Of a stretch of 64,000 nucleotides of DNA, positions 27,100-37,690 are shown in pieces. Origin of the DNA: Obrimoposthia wandeli (taxonomy: Eukaryota); contig CDROCS010000321.1 of assembly GCA_977020255.1 (NCBI GenBank), positions 1 through 64,000 of the forward strand, written 5' to 3'. Both the position numbers and the translations under genes were made by a program. The first letter of the stretch is position 1, and every line of letters starts with the position of its first letter. The notes beneath the pieces are model-generated. The model was given only the letters and a program-made list of their open reading frames with translations, did no database searches and had not been told where the DNA came from.

Positions 27100-28041
27100 T
27101 CAGATTTTAATCGCCTTCTGCTTTTTTAATGAAACAGTTAGGCTACTGTGGACAATACTGATCCACACTTTTTCATTCAAGAAGCCTTTGCCCCAAACTT
27201 TCCATTGCTCACTCAAGCCTTTTTCCTGCATCGCTTCAAGGCTCATATTTTGTTGCATCATCATTTCAACTTCGTTGCTGGTACCGACTAACATGTCTCT
27301 AAACGCGAGCAACTCTTCTTTGTTCGATATAGCACCATGGCCTGGTACGACGATGGTATCGTCGGCAATTTTATCTAAAATATCATGAATATTTTTCACC
27401 ACACCACTCACACTGCCGTTGGTACCCACATCAACAAAAGGGAACATGCCGCTGAAGTAATGGTCGCCCATATGGACGATATTGGCTTTCTCAAAAAAGA
27501 TAACGCTGTCGCCGTCGGTATGGCCGTTCGGTAGATGCAGCGCTTTAATGGTTTCATCGTTGAAGCGTAATGTGAGTGAATGATCAAAGGTAATATCCGG
27601 TAATGCATCGGCAGGATAAGGCTTCGACACCATGTTGAACAGTTTCACTTCTTGATGGCTGTTGAGACGTTGGTAGACATTGTCATGGGCAATGATATCT
27701 GCGGTTTTGCCCAACGCTTTATTACCTTGGGTGTGGTCGCCATGCCAATGGGTATTAAGCACATACTTTAATTCACTTTTATAGCCCGCTAAGGTTGCTT
27801 GCAACGCCGGTGTCATTTCACTGTAATCACTGTCGACAATTAGCAGGCCGTCCTTACCCGTAGACAATAGGATATTACCGCCTTTACCTTGCAGAAATTG
27901 AAATCCAGGTTTGAGCTCGGTGACTTTAAAGCTTTTCTTTTCTGGGTGATGATTATCGGTTTCATGATCGTCGGCAGCAAGCGCGAGATTAGTGACACAA
28001 CACAATGTAGCCATGATAAATGCGGATAATAGTTTGTTCAT
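27100..28041 (-). CDS. Secreted MBL-fold metallo-hydrolase
   Basis: Signal peptide, NTHWHGDHTQGN, GHTDGD, HMGD, VPGHG. Confidence 0.9.
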   Translation of the reverse strand: MNKLLSAFIMATLCCVTNLALAADDHETDNHHPEKKSFKVTELKPGFQFLQGKGGNILLSTGKDGLLIVDSDYSEMTPALQATLAGYKSELKYVLNTHWHGDHTQGNKALGKTADIIAHDNVYQRLNSHQEVKLFNMVSKPYPADALPDITFDHSLTLRFNDETIKALHLPNGHTDGDSVIFFEKANIVHMGDHYFSGMFPFVDVGTNGSVSGVVKNIHDILDKIADDTIVVPGHGAISNKEELLAFRDMLVGTSNEVEMMMQQNMSLEAMQEKGLSEQWKVWGKGFLNEKVWISIVHSSLTVSLKKQKAIKI

Positions 28042-28214
28042 AATCGAATTCCTTCCTAGAGTCTGAGAGTAAACAGGTGTCTATGCGGTATTCAATGAGT
28101 CTAGCAGAGTTCTGTTTATTCGAATTTTATCAGCATAGTGAGGGTGTTGTGACAAGGGGAATAGGATAGTATTCATTAATAGCTATACTAATATGGAACT
28201 GGATAAATCCAAGG

Positions 28215-29276
28215 GTGTTTGGATCTCCAAGTCATAACAAGGAGTCTGAGTTGAATCTATCGAAGAAAAATCTCGACGACGCGGTAAAAGAAAATATTTT
28301 ATCACGGGAACAGTCTGAGCAGTTAATCGTCTTCATCAATAACCAGCCGAATACTGGGCCAAAATTTGATTTTACGCATGTCCTTTATTATGTGGGCGGT
28401 TTGATTGCCATCGGTGCGATGACGCTTTTTATGAATTTAGGCTGGGAATCATTTGGTGGCGTCGGTATTGTTTTCATCTCGCTATTTTATGCAGTGATAG
28501 GGCTCAAACTCACGAATACATTTCAAGCTAAAGGCTATGCGATACCCGCTGGGATCTGTGGCACGTTTGTTATTGCGTTGACCCCGTTGGCCGTTTATGG
28601 ACTACAACATGCATTAGGTGTTTGGCCCGATGACACTGTATATCGAGATTATCATCGTTACATCAAATGGCATTGGTTGTATATGGAACTGGGCACCTTA
28701 GCCGTTGGTGCAATTTTGGTGTGGAAATATAAGTATCCCTTTTTAATGATGCCCATTGCCGTGACGCTCTGGTATTTAACCATGGATCTGACGTCGATGA
28801 TCTCTGGCGGTGATTTTGATTGGACGCTTAGAAAACTGGTGTCTATGTACAGTGGACTACTCATGATCGCGTTAGCGTTTTGGATTGATATTCGCTCGCG
28901 AAACAAAGCGGATTATGCATTTTGGATATATTTATTTGGTGTCATCGCCTTTTGGGGCGGCATGTCGTTGCAACATTCTGATAGCGAGTTATCTAAATTT
29001 CTCTACTTTACTATTAATCTATTCATGATCGCGGTTGGGGTATTACTGGTACGCCGAGTGTTTGTTATTTTCGGTGCGCTAGGCTGCACGGGTTATATTG
29101 GCTATCTGGCGGCAGATATATTTAAAGACAGTTGGTTATTTCCAATCACGTTAACCGTGCTAGGGTTATTGATTATTTATCTCGGTATCCTTTGGCAAAA
29201 ACATGAACAAAGTATTACCAGTAAAGCGCGAAACATATTACCAACACCACTCCGTGAGCTATTAGACTCTAAATAA
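28215..29276 (+). CDS. Polytopic membrane protein (DUF2157-like)
   Basis: Many hydrophobic segments; FTHVLYYVGGLIAIGAMTLF. Start uncertain. Confidence 0.65.
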   Translation: MFGSPSHNKESELNLSKKNLDDAVKENILSREQSEQLIVFINNQPNTGPKFDFTHVLYYVGGLIAIGAMTLFMNLGWESFGGVGIVFISLFYAVIGLKLTNTFQAKGYAIPAGICGTFVIALTPLAVYGLQHALGVWPDDTVYRDYHRYIKWHWLYMELGTLAVGAILVWKYKYPFLMMPIAVTLWYLTMDLTSMISGGDFDWTLRKLVSMYSGLLMIALAFWIDIRSRNKADYAFWIYLFGVIAFWGGMSLQHSDSELSKFLYFTINLFMIAVGVLLVRRVFVIFGALGCTGYIGYLAADIFKDSWLFPITLTVLGLLIIYLGILWQKHEQSITSKARNILPTPLRELLDSK

Positions 29277-29322
29277 CTGATAAGCAACTGATAAATAATT
29301 ATAAGTAAGTTATAAATAATCT
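29270..29322 (+). repeat. Degenerate ~11-bp tandem repeat
   Basis: taaataactga taagcaactga taaataatta taagtaagtta taaataat. Confidence 0.55.
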
Positions 29323-29481
29323 CGACGTAAGTTGAAAGATACACGGAGTAAGCTGAAAATAGCATCGGAGTAAGGTCAAAAGCAGCGGGAAATCAAAGCG
29401 CGCAGCTATTACAAATGTTAACATACGCGCTAAATTTACAGGCATTGCCATCTTCGAGTGAAGTTGAGATAGAGAGCTATA

Positions 29482-29871
29482 ATGGATTCGGAATACGAAC
29501 AAATAAAATTATTATTACAGAACAATAATAAACAAGATCTCGCTCGCCTGCGCAAAGAGATCCCGACATTTGAATGTACGCCGGGTTGCCACGATTGCTG
29601 TGGACCGGTAACGACATCTGCAGAAGAAATGTCGCGCCTGCCATATAAGACAGATGCTGAGCATGAAGCTGCATTGAATGAATACAACTGCGTACACCTT
29701 GGCCCTAAAGGTTGTACTGTCTACGAAGAACGACCGTTGATCTGCCGACTGTTTGGCACCACACCGAAAATGCCTTGTCCAAACGATCGCCGACCAGATG
29801 TAATGATCGACGTTAAAGTCGAAGGCCAGATCCATCACTACATCAAGAACACCCGACAAGTGTTAGTGTAG
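29482..29871 (+). CDS. YkgJ-family cysteine-cluster (CxxCxxCC) protein
   Basis: FECTPGCHDCCG...CVHL...CTVYEERPLICR. Confidence 0.88.
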   Translation: MDSEYEQIKLLLQNNNKQDLARLRKEIPTFECTPGCHDCCGPVTTSAEEMSRLPYKTDAEHEAALNEYNCVHLGPKGCTVYEERPLICRLFGTTPKMPCPNDRRPDVMIDVKVEGQIHHYIKNTRQVLV

Positions 29872-29958
29872 GTAATACTTATCTTGTTTTTACGCCAGAG
29901 ATCTTGCTAGGGTTTTATTGAAGTAGATCAAAGCTCTCAACTGACGTTGGCTTTATGA

Positions 29959-31206
29959 TTGCGCGATATAATTTATGCAAAATCGTCTGTGCATAAAATC
30001 AAGGAAGAATTAATGTCCAATTCAGCGTACGCAGAAAACGATGATCGACGTGAGCAGATCAATAAATCACAAACACTGCTTAATTCAAGCAAGTTATTTT
30101 GTGCCAAACACAGCATCATTGAAGACGTCGTTTCAACAAGTCATCATTCCAATGACTTTATTCAAACACGTAACCAATATATCGTTGAGCGCCTTAAGTT
30201 AGTCTGCTTATTTTTTGCTATCAGCGTACCCATATCATCTGTACTCGATTTTATTGTCTTTGAAAGTGCGCAAGCTAAATTATTACTCATTAATCGATTA
30301 ATACTTTCAGGTGCTCTTACTGCGCTCTACCAATTAATACGTCGCTCTCATACCGTGAATATGGTGCGCTTGGTGTTAACACTGTCCTTTTTATCCCCAA
30401 TGTTATTTTATGTGGTTATGGAATTGTCGTTGACGCAAACTATGGCCTACAGAGACATACCATTGTCTTTTGCCCTGATGCCGTATTTAGCGATTGTTAT
30501 GCTCGGTCTGTTCCCGTTAACTATTTTGGGTGGTGTTACGATTTTAACAGTCATTTCATTGCCATTAGCCGTACTTGAGTATATCCAATATGCAGGTGAC
30601 TATATCGTTGTCATCGACAAAATATGGTTGCTAGTGTTGTTTGGGGGGGTCTGTTTATGGTTGCAATCAGGACAGATGGTGATGCTGATGAAGTTGTATC
30701 GCGAATCTACCATCGATACGCTAACAGGGTTGATGAATCGTCGTGTATTAATGCGCCAAGTAAAACGAATAGCAAAAAATAGCAAGTATACACAAGGTTC
30801 ATTTAGCGTAATGATGTTTGATTTAGACCATTTTAAACGTGTGAATGATACTTACGGCCACATGGTTGGCGATAAGGTCTTGGTGACAGTATCTTCATTG
30901 CTAAAGCGAGAATTGAGAAACTCTGACGTAATAGCCCGTTTTGGTGGCGAAGAGTTTTTGGTGGTAATGCCGCATCTCGCATTAGCGCCAGCCACTCAAG
31001 TTGCGATACGTGTTGCCGAGGCTATTCGTAAAGCATCGGTGATGACAGATGAACAACAAAAAATCACATTTACCACCAGTATTGGGGTAACACAATTCAT
31101 TGTAGATGAACCGATATCGCAATTATTTAAACGTGTAGATGATCTGCTTTATTATGCGAAAGAGCAGGGCAGAGATAGAATTGAGAATGGTCTTAACGTT
31201 GGTTAA
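29959..31206 (+). CDS. Membrane-bound diguanylate cyclase
   Basis: TM region, then DTLTGLMNRR, DLDHFKRVNDTYGH, RFGGEEF. True start may be the ATG at 30013. Confidence 0.92.
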   Translation: MRDIIYAKSSVHKIKEELMSNSAYAENDDRREQINKSQTLLNSSKLFCAKHSIIEDVVSTSHHSNDFIQTRNQYIVERLKLVCLFFAISVPISSVLDFIVFESAQAKLLLINRLILSGALTALYQLIRRSHTVNMVRLVLTLSFLSPMLFYVVMELSLTQTMAYRDIPLSFALMPYLAIVMLGLFPLTILGGVTILTVISLPLAVLEYIQYAGDYIVVIDKIWLLVLFGGVCLWLQSGQMVMLMKLYRESTIDTLTGLMNRRVLMRQVKRIAKNSKYTQGSFSVMMFDLDHFKRVNDTYGHMVGDKVLVTVSSLLKRELRNSDVIARFGGEEFLVVMPHLALAPATQVAIRVAEAIRKASVMTDEQQKITFTTSIGVTQFIVDEPISQLFKRVDDLLYYAKEQGRDRIENGLNVG

Positions 31207-31426
31207 TCGCTTTCTTTTTTGCGCAGGGTTAAGCTGCTTACAAGCGTTTACCTTATTGTGTTTCGCTGGTAAAATAGGGCGCATTAAAACGTTATTTACA
31301 GGGAGATAAAATGGAATTTATTCTTGAAGACGTAACGCACAACAAACTCGACTTAATCCGCATATCTTTTCAGGTAACTAACAAGGCATGGGGAGTCGGG
31401 TGCTGATAATGAAATAGAGGTAATGG

Positions 31427-32221
31427 GTGTTGAAGTTAGAACAAAGAAGTCAGTTAAATAGCGAATATGATGAGCAAGGTTATTTTGTCATTAGAAATTA
31501 TTTTAGTGCCGCTGAGATCTCAGCATTGAGAGACGTGGTATTGAAATTTCATGAAGCGTGGAAAGAAGACAACATACAATTCTATCGTTCAGAAGCGTTT
31601 AATTCTTCTGTCATTACCGGTATAGACTACTTAGAGTGCGACGACCGACTGACGCTATTTAATTTTATCAGTTCAAAGAAAATGATGGATGCTGTCGAAT
31701 CAGTTATTCCGGCTAATCCAGCCTTTATGAATACCCAATTATTTTTCAATCCTGTTAATCCTAAACAAAAAGATTTTTGGCATCGTGATTGCCAATACGA
31801 TTATGAAGTGGAACAGCAAAAAATAGCCGTTCAAGAGACGCAAGTGGTCCATCTTCGCGTGCCATTGTTTGATGAACTTGGCATGGAATTAATCCCTGGC
31901 ACGCATAAGCGCTGGGATAACGAAGAAGAATTTAATGTGCGACAAGAAATAAACGGCAAAGAGAGTAGTGATAGCCTTTCAGCTGGTAAAGTCATCAACT
32001 TAACTGCTGGCGACTTACTGGTTTTTTCAGCGGATATGATCCACCGTGGCCTCTATGGCATGGACCGATTAGCGTTAGATATTTTAGTGTTTGATCCAGA
32101 TGGTGACTTTGCCGACTATGTTGATGACGAGTGTTTACCCAGTATTGAAATGTTAGATAAAATTGCAGACCCAAGATTATTTAACAGTACCCTCGATTTA
32201 AAGGCGCAGTGTTGCGTTTGA
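31427..32221 (+). CDS. Phytanoyl-CoA dioxygenase (PhyH) family protein
   Basis: YDEQGYFVIRN, WHRD, IPGTH, AGDLLVF...IHRG. Confidence 0.85.
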   Translation: MLKLEQRSQLNSEYDEQGYFVIRNYFSAAEISALRDVVLKFHEAWKEDNIQFYRSEAFNSSVITGIDYLECDDRLTLFNFISSKKMMDAVESVIPANPAFMNTQLFFNPVNPKQKDFWHRDCQYDYEVEQQKIAVQETQVVHLRVPLFDELGMELIPGTHKRWDNEEEFNVRQEINGKESSDSLSAGKVINLTAGDLLVFSADMIHRGLYGMDRLALDILVFDPDGDFADYVDDECLPSIEMLDKIADPRLFNSTLDLKAQCCV

Positions 32222-32281
32222 ACTGGTAAAATAGAGAAGAACTATAGCGCAGTATAATAGGAAAAATAACAGGGAGAAGAA

Positions 32282-32761
32282 ATGGAATTTATTCTTGAAA
32301 AAGCGACGCGTGAAGATCTAGATGCGATCCTTGAATTAGGGGCATCAGTCAACGAAGAACACGTTGTGCCACTCCTTAATGCCGAAGGTCAGCAAGCTAT
32401 TAGAATTGCGTTTAAATCTGATATCGATAAGGTCAAAGATCCCGATATTTATTCCGTGATTAAAGCGAGTGTTGGTCATGACATAGTGGGGTACATAGGT
32501 TGGCGTGAAGAAAACTACCTTGGTCATCTTTATGTCAAAACTGACTATCATGGCTTTGGTGTCGCGAAACAACTCGTTGAAGCAATGACAAAGATGAGTG
32601 GCGCAAAGTTGATTCGAGTCAAAGCATCGATTTATGCAATTGGCTTTTATCAGAAAGTCGGGTTTAAGGCTACGTCGGAAGAGCTGAGTATAAATAGTAT
32701 TCGTTATGTGCCCATGGAGCTCAAGGTAGAACACTCGCCTTACAAGAAGACGACTAACTGA
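32282..32761 (+). CDS. GNAT family N-acetyltransferase
   Basis: HLYVKTDYHGFGVAKQL...AIGFYQKVGF. Confidence 0.85.
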   Translation: MEFILEKATREDLDAILELGASVNEEHVVPLLNAEGQQAIRIAFKSDIDKVKDPDIYSVIKASVGHDIVGYIGWREENYLGHLYVKTDYHGFGVAKQLVEAMTKMSGAKLIRVKASIYAIGFYQKVGFKATSEELSINSIRYVPMELKVEHSPYKKTTN

Positions 32762-32955
32762 TTAATAGCCGCTTAATAGGTTGTTCTGACCTTTAAGTGG
32801 CGACAAACTGTCATCTTCATACAATTACATTCTATCATCCACAGATAAACTTACATTTTAATACTAACCTTCAATCATAATTCATTTATAATCATTTTTT
32901 ATAAGGGGTTAGACCCCGTAAAATATCAATAAACGACCGATTTCAAAGGAATGTC

Positions 32956-34329
32956 ATGTTTAGCTCGACTTTTTTAAAACATAAAAACAAGCTTAAAAGC
33001 CCGATTAAAGTCACTTTAGGCGCTATTTTGTGTAGCAGTATGATGGTGAGTAACGCCATTGCCTGGTCTGAGCACAGCCTTATTTCATATCCAATATTAA
33101 ATACCATGCCAGAAGTGGCAGAACAAGCACCGATTAAGGTCGAGACCTTAGCTGAATTCGTCACTGCAGAAGCACAAGGGTTAGCAACATTATTAGCCAC
33201 CAATGAAGACTGGTTACGTCAAAACTTCCCGCATTATAAACCGCGTCCGGATGCAATCGCGTTTGACGCTGCCGATAAAGACCTACAAACAAGTTTCATA
33301 CATGCCATTCGTATCAATCCGAATGCGCGCGTTAACCCGTACATTCAGTTATTACCTGGGCAAGACAAGCAAGGTCGTCGTCAGCTCGATTCGTCTGAAG
33401 TCGCGGTCTTTACCAACTTAGCCCATTACAACACCATGACCTTTGTCGAAGTGAAAAGTGGCGAACTGGTCACGCCAATCGAAGTGTTAGTATCTGCCAA
33501 TGACGATCCCGATAACGGCCTTGATATTGGTCTGTTTACAGACAGTAATACCGAAGTGGGTAAGCTCTATGGCTTTGGTAAACAAGCCTTTGGTAATCCC
33601 GCGTTGGAATACAGCTCACAAGCCCCGTTTCATATGGGCTTTTATCATGAATCAAGTGTGTTATTTACGCTAGCACCGTTCTTACGTGATACCTTCCCAG
33701 ATTATCGAGTACATATGTACAAAGCCTTATCTGAATATGCCTTCCGTACTGGCCATGATTACTGGGGTTGGCGTTTTATGGGGTGGGGCATGCATTACAT
33801 TGGCGACATTGCGCAATCATATCACTCAACTTTGCAACCTGGTGTGAGTACTGTATCGAGTATCTGGACCAATGCCAAAGACATGATGGGTTATCCACAA
33901 GCTAAGATTGATGCCATTCAATTGCTTTCTAATCGCCACTTAGTATTGGAAGAATTCCAAGAAATCGTCACTAAAAAAGCCTATGAAGATAACGACTTTA
34001 GCAGTGCCTTGTTTACAGCGTTAAGGCGAGAAACCGCCGTAGTTGAATATAACGACAACACCTTTGTGGAAGTCTTTGCCAAAAATTCGTATGACAAATC
34101 AGACAAGCTTGCTGATTATCTAGAACGTTGGGTACCAGTGCTGCTAGTCAGCGATCCAAGTTTTGAAGTCGATGGCAGCAAGGAAATAAAAAGGATTGTG
34201 CAGTTGATTCGTGAGCAGCATGCTGAAGAGGGCATCACTAAGATGACCAACTTACTGGCCGAGTTTATGTTAGATCACAACGCGAATACGCGCAGTTATG
34301 TGCGCGCAATTTTAAGTCATAAACCGTAA
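32956..34329 (+). CDS. Secreted zinc-dependent phospholipase C / P1-nuclease-like protein
   Basis: Signal peptide ending AIA-WSEH (mature W..H start), PFHMGFYHE, WGMHYIGDIAQSYH, HLVLEE. Confidence 0.65.
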   Translation: MFSSTFLKHKNKLKSPIKVTLGAILCSSMMVSNAIAWSEHSLISYPILNTMPEVAEQAPIKVETLAEFVTAEAQGLATLLATNEDWLRQNFPHYKPRPDAIAFDAADKDLQTSFIHAIRINPNARVNPYIQLLPGQDKQGRRQLDSSEVAVFTNLAHYNTMTFVEVKSGELVTPIEVLVSANDDPDNGLDIGLFTDSNTEVGKLYGFGKQAFGNPALEYSSQAPFHMGFYHESSVLFTLAPFLRDTFPDYRVHMYKALSEYAFRTGHDYWGWRFMGWGMHYIGDIAQSYHSTLQPGVSTVSSIWTNAKDMMGYPQAKIDAIQLLSNRHLVLEEFQEIVTKKAYEDNDFSSALFTALRRETAVVEYNDNTFVEVFAKNSYDKSDKLADYLERWVPVLLVSDPSFEVDGSKEIKRIVQLIREQHAEEGITKMTNLLAEFMLDHNANTRSYVRAILSHKP

Positions 34330-34399
34330 TTTAATTTACTTATATTATTGATTTAAAGCGCATGATAGTCTCTATTTAGTATTAAGTTGCCTAATTCGA

Positions 34400-35707
34400 A
34401 TGGAGTACGCCATGCTAAAATGCATTCAATGCCCGAAATTACTATTCTCACTGGCATTAATATGGATTGTACTTACATTGCCAGCATGCAGTTTACATGA
34501 GATTAGCAGGCAGTCAGATGCACTGGCTTCAATAGGGAGTATTACTGGTAAAGTAAGTGTTCAAGGTGAGGTAAATGCCCCTATTTACGTGCAATTATAT
34601 CGACGTGAAAACGGTGTCACAAAACTGATTGATAAGAATACCGTACAGCCTAACGGGCAATACTTATTTGCTGTATTGCCTGGTGATTACAGTGTTGCAG
34701 CCTTTATTGATGGTGGCGATAGCGATATCAATAGGGCTATTTCCGATAATAGTGCTACTAAAAACGATGGTGAGTATGTAGCCGGTGACAGAGTCACTTA
34801 CTACGGGCAAGGTCAAGGTCAAGGTGAGCCAGTATTCGTCGTCATTGCAGCAGGTGATGACGTTGAATTACCGCGGCTGGTTATTAAAGGCCCAATAACT
34901 TTACGGCCTAACATTGATGTGATAAAGCAGCTAGGTAAAGACATCAAAAATATAGGCAGAGTTGTGTCGCTAGACGATGCTATATTTAGCCGTGATTTTG
35001 CGTCTATGGGATTATGGCGACCATTTGATTTTTTCGAGCAAGTCGGCGGTGGTTTATTGATGTTGCAAGAGTATGACAAGGATAAAATACCATTGTTGTT
35101 CGTTCATGGTATGGGCGGGACGAGTGCTGAGTTTGCCGAGATCGTCAGCAACATAGACCAACAAAAATACCAGCCTTGGGTACTTTATTACCCCAGTGGT
35201 GTAAATTTAGATTTAGTCAGTGATTATATGTTAGAAGCGCTGCAGCAGTTGTCACACCAATACCAGTTTAAACAATTGGGGATCATTGCTCATAGTATGG
35301 GCGGCTTGATGATCCGCTCTTACGTGATGAAGCAACAGCAATCTGAGACACCTTATGATGTTAAATTTGTGGTGACGATTAACAGCCCATTATATGGCAT
35401 GGAAAGTGCGGCGAACGGGGTTGAAAATTCACCCATCGTCATTCAAGCTTGGATCGATGTTGCTCGAGGTAGTGCGTACGTAAAACGTGTTCATCGTTGG
35501 GCTTGGCCAGATTCAATACCGTACCATTTGATGTTCTCTTACTTGCCTGGTGAAGATGGCGATGGGGTCGTGCCACTGAATAGCCAGTTGTCTGCGTCAC
35601 TACAACGGGAAGCAACGCAAATACATGGCTTTGAAGCACAGCACGCTGGTATTCTTAAAGAAGCAGTTTTTATCGACAAGCTTAATGAAATTCTCAACAC
35701 TTTTTAG
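34400..35707 (+). CDS. Lipoprotein alpha/beta hydrolase (lipase/esterase-like)
   Basis: Lipobox LPAC, LFVHGMGG, nucleophile elbow AHSMGG, DGVVP, H near the C-terminus. Confidence 0.8.
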   Translation: MEYAMLKCIQCPKLLFSLALIWIVLTLPACSLHEISRQSDALASIGSITGKVSVQGEVNAPIYVQLYRRENGVTKLIDKNTVQPNGQYLFAVLPGDYSVAAFIDGGDSDINRAISDNSATKNDGEYVAGDRVTYYGQGQGQGEPVFVVIAAGDDVELPRLVIKGPITLRPNIDVIKQLGKDIKNIGRVVSLDDAIFSRDFASMGLWRPFDFFEQVGGGLLMLQEYDKDKIPLLFVHGMGGTSAEFAEIVSNIDQQKYQPWVLYYPSGVNLDLVSDYMLEALQQLSHQYQFKQLGIIAHSMGGLMIRSYVMKQQQSETPYDVKFVVTINSPLYGMESAANGVENSPIVIQAWIDVARGSAYVKRVHRWAWPDSIPYHLMFSYLPGEDGDGVVPLNSQLSASLQREATQIHGFEAQHAGILKEAVFIDKLNEILNTF

Positions 35708-35777
35708 CTGGTGGACTATCATGACCATGGCTATTTAGCGGCAGGTACATAGCATTGGCAGTAAGTACAAAAACATA

Positions 35778-35817
35778 AACAGCAAGCACAAAAGCATTAG
35801 CAGTCGTGCTTGCTGTT
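35778..35817. terminator. Putative intrinsic terminator between convergent genes
   Basis: aacagcaagcac...gtgcttgctgtt inverted repeat. Confidence 0.55.
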
Positions 35818-35824
35818 GTTTTGG

Positions 35825-37495
35825 TTAAATTGTTGCTGGTGTTAATAGTTCACGTTTAAGTACTTTGCCTACTGGACTCTTCGGCAGGTCGTCACGAAAC
35901 TCAATATCACGTGGCACTTTGTACGCGGTTAGATAACGGCGGCAGTGAGTTTGTACCTCTTTACTGGTCAGCGCTTTATTGCTGCTACAGATGAAGGCTT
36001 TAACTTGTTCGCCTGTTACGGGATGTGGCAGACCCATCACCGCGGCTTCTTCAATATCGGGATGTAATCGCAGTACTTCTTCAATTTCGACCGAGTAAAC
36101 GTTAAAGCCAGACACTAGAATCATGTCTTTTTTACGGTCGACAATAAAGAAGCAACCATCTTTGTCCATACGGGCCATATCACCGGTCGAGAACCAACCA
36201 TCGGCATCAATCGATTCCGCAGTAGCTTGTGCTTGTTTCCAATAGCCAGACATCACTTGTGGGCCGCGTACTTGTAATTCGCCAACAACGTTTATGCCTA
36301 ATGCTTGGTGGTCATCATTAACAACACGCATTTCTGTTGATGGTAACGGTACGCCAATACCCGCGGTATATTCTTGTTGTGTGTGAATGCCACTGCAAAC
36401 CACCGGTGAACATTCTGTTAATCCATAACCTTCAACCACTGGCATGCCGGTGACCGCTTGCCATTCTTTGGCGACATCTTCTTGGGTGGACATACCGCCA
36501 GCGATTGTGAAGCGGGCATTACTGAAATCTAATGCACGGAATTTTTCATTCTTTAACATACCGCTGAACAAGGTGTTTAAGCCGAAGAAAATAGTGAAAG
36601 GGTAGCCCTTCAACTCTTTAATAAAACCATCCATATCTCTTGGATTGGTAATTAATAAATTACGACCACCGATCATCATAATAAACATCAAGCTTACTGA
36701 GTTAGCAAAGATATGATAAAGCGGTAACGGGGTAACAACATGGTCTTTGGATAACAGCGTACGCGGTGAGAACTGGCCGTACACTTGCAATACGTTCGCG
36801 ACAATATTGCGATGGCTTAACATGGCGCCTTTGGCGATACCGGTAGTGCCACCCGTATATTGTAGGTAGGCAATGTCTTCCGGTTTACAGGCTGGGCGGT
36901 TATAAGCTAACTTACGCCCGACAGATAGTACCTTGCGCATTGAAATGGCATTTTCAATGTGAAAAGCAGGGATCATTTTTTTCACGTATTTGACTGCAAA
37001 GTTAACCATGGTGCGTTTAGGCTGCTGTAGTTGATCGCCTATGTTGGTCATGATGACGTGTTCAATACTGGTTTGTGGTAATACTTTTTCGAGGTTGGCA
37101 CCAAAGTTACTAATGGCGACAATCATCTTAGCGCCGGAATCGGTCAGTTGATGCTGTAATTCGCGTTGGGTATAAAGCGGGTTAACATTAACGGCAATCA
37201 GCCCTGCACGCAGTATGCCAAATAGCGCAATAGGATACTGTAATAAATTGGGCATCATGATGGCGCAACGATCACCAGGTTGCATGTTCAGTTCGTGTTG
37301 TAAATAGGCCGCAAAATCCCGACTTTGTTGTTCAAGTTGGCGAAAGGTAAGTGTGGCACCCATGTTTAAAAAGGCGATTGAGTCAGCGTGTTTTTCGCAG
37401 CTTTGTTCGACGATATCTAAAATGCTGTCATATTGTGATAAATCAATGAACTCTGGTACATCGCTAGGGTAGTTTTTTAACCAGGTTTTTTCCAT
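35825..37495 (-). CDS. fadD: Long-chain-fatty-acid--CoA ligase
   Basis: LQYTGGTTGIAKGAMLSH, EGYGLTE, TGDMA...DRKKDMILVSGFNVY, LPKSPVGK. Confidence 0.9.
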   Translation of the reverse strand: MEKTWLKNYPSDVPEFIDLSQYDSILDIVEQSCEKHADSIAFLNMGATLTFRQLEQQSRDFAAYLQHELNMQPGDRCAIMMPNLLQYPIALFGILRAGLIAVNVNPLYTQRELQHQLTDSGAKMIVAISNFGANLEKVLPQTSIEHVIMTNIGDQLQQPKRTMVNFAVKYVKKMIPAFHIENAISMRKVLSVGRKLAYNRPACKPEDIAYLQYTGGTTGIAKGAMLSHRNIVANVLQVYGQFSPRTLLSKDHVVTPLPLYHIFANSVSLMFIMMIGGRNLLITNPRDMDGFIKELKGYPFTIFFGLNTLFSGMLKNEKFRALDFSNARFTIAGGMSTQEDVAKEWQAVTGMPVVEGYGLTECSPVVCSGIHTQQEYTAGIGVPLPSTEMRVVNDDHQALGINVVGELQVRGPQVMSGYWKQAQATAESIDADGWFSTGDMARMDKDGCFFIVDRKKDMILVSGFNVYSVEIEEVLRLHPDIEEAAVMGLPHPVTGEQVKAFICSSNKALTSKEVQTHCRRYLTAYKVPRDIEFRDDLPKSPVGKVLKRELLTPATI

Positions 37496-37690
37496 GTTAA
37501 TATTCTCTGTAGGGTGTTATGTAGTATATTATCTTATAATTAGCGCATTAAATAGTTGATAATAATCATGACCCCGCACTTTATTGCCTGTCTATTTTTG
37601 TATACACTTGCCGTAATTAAACAGCAATAATGTTGTTTATGCTTATTATTACGTAGTCACACGGATCGGACGTTACTAGGTACTTCTCAT

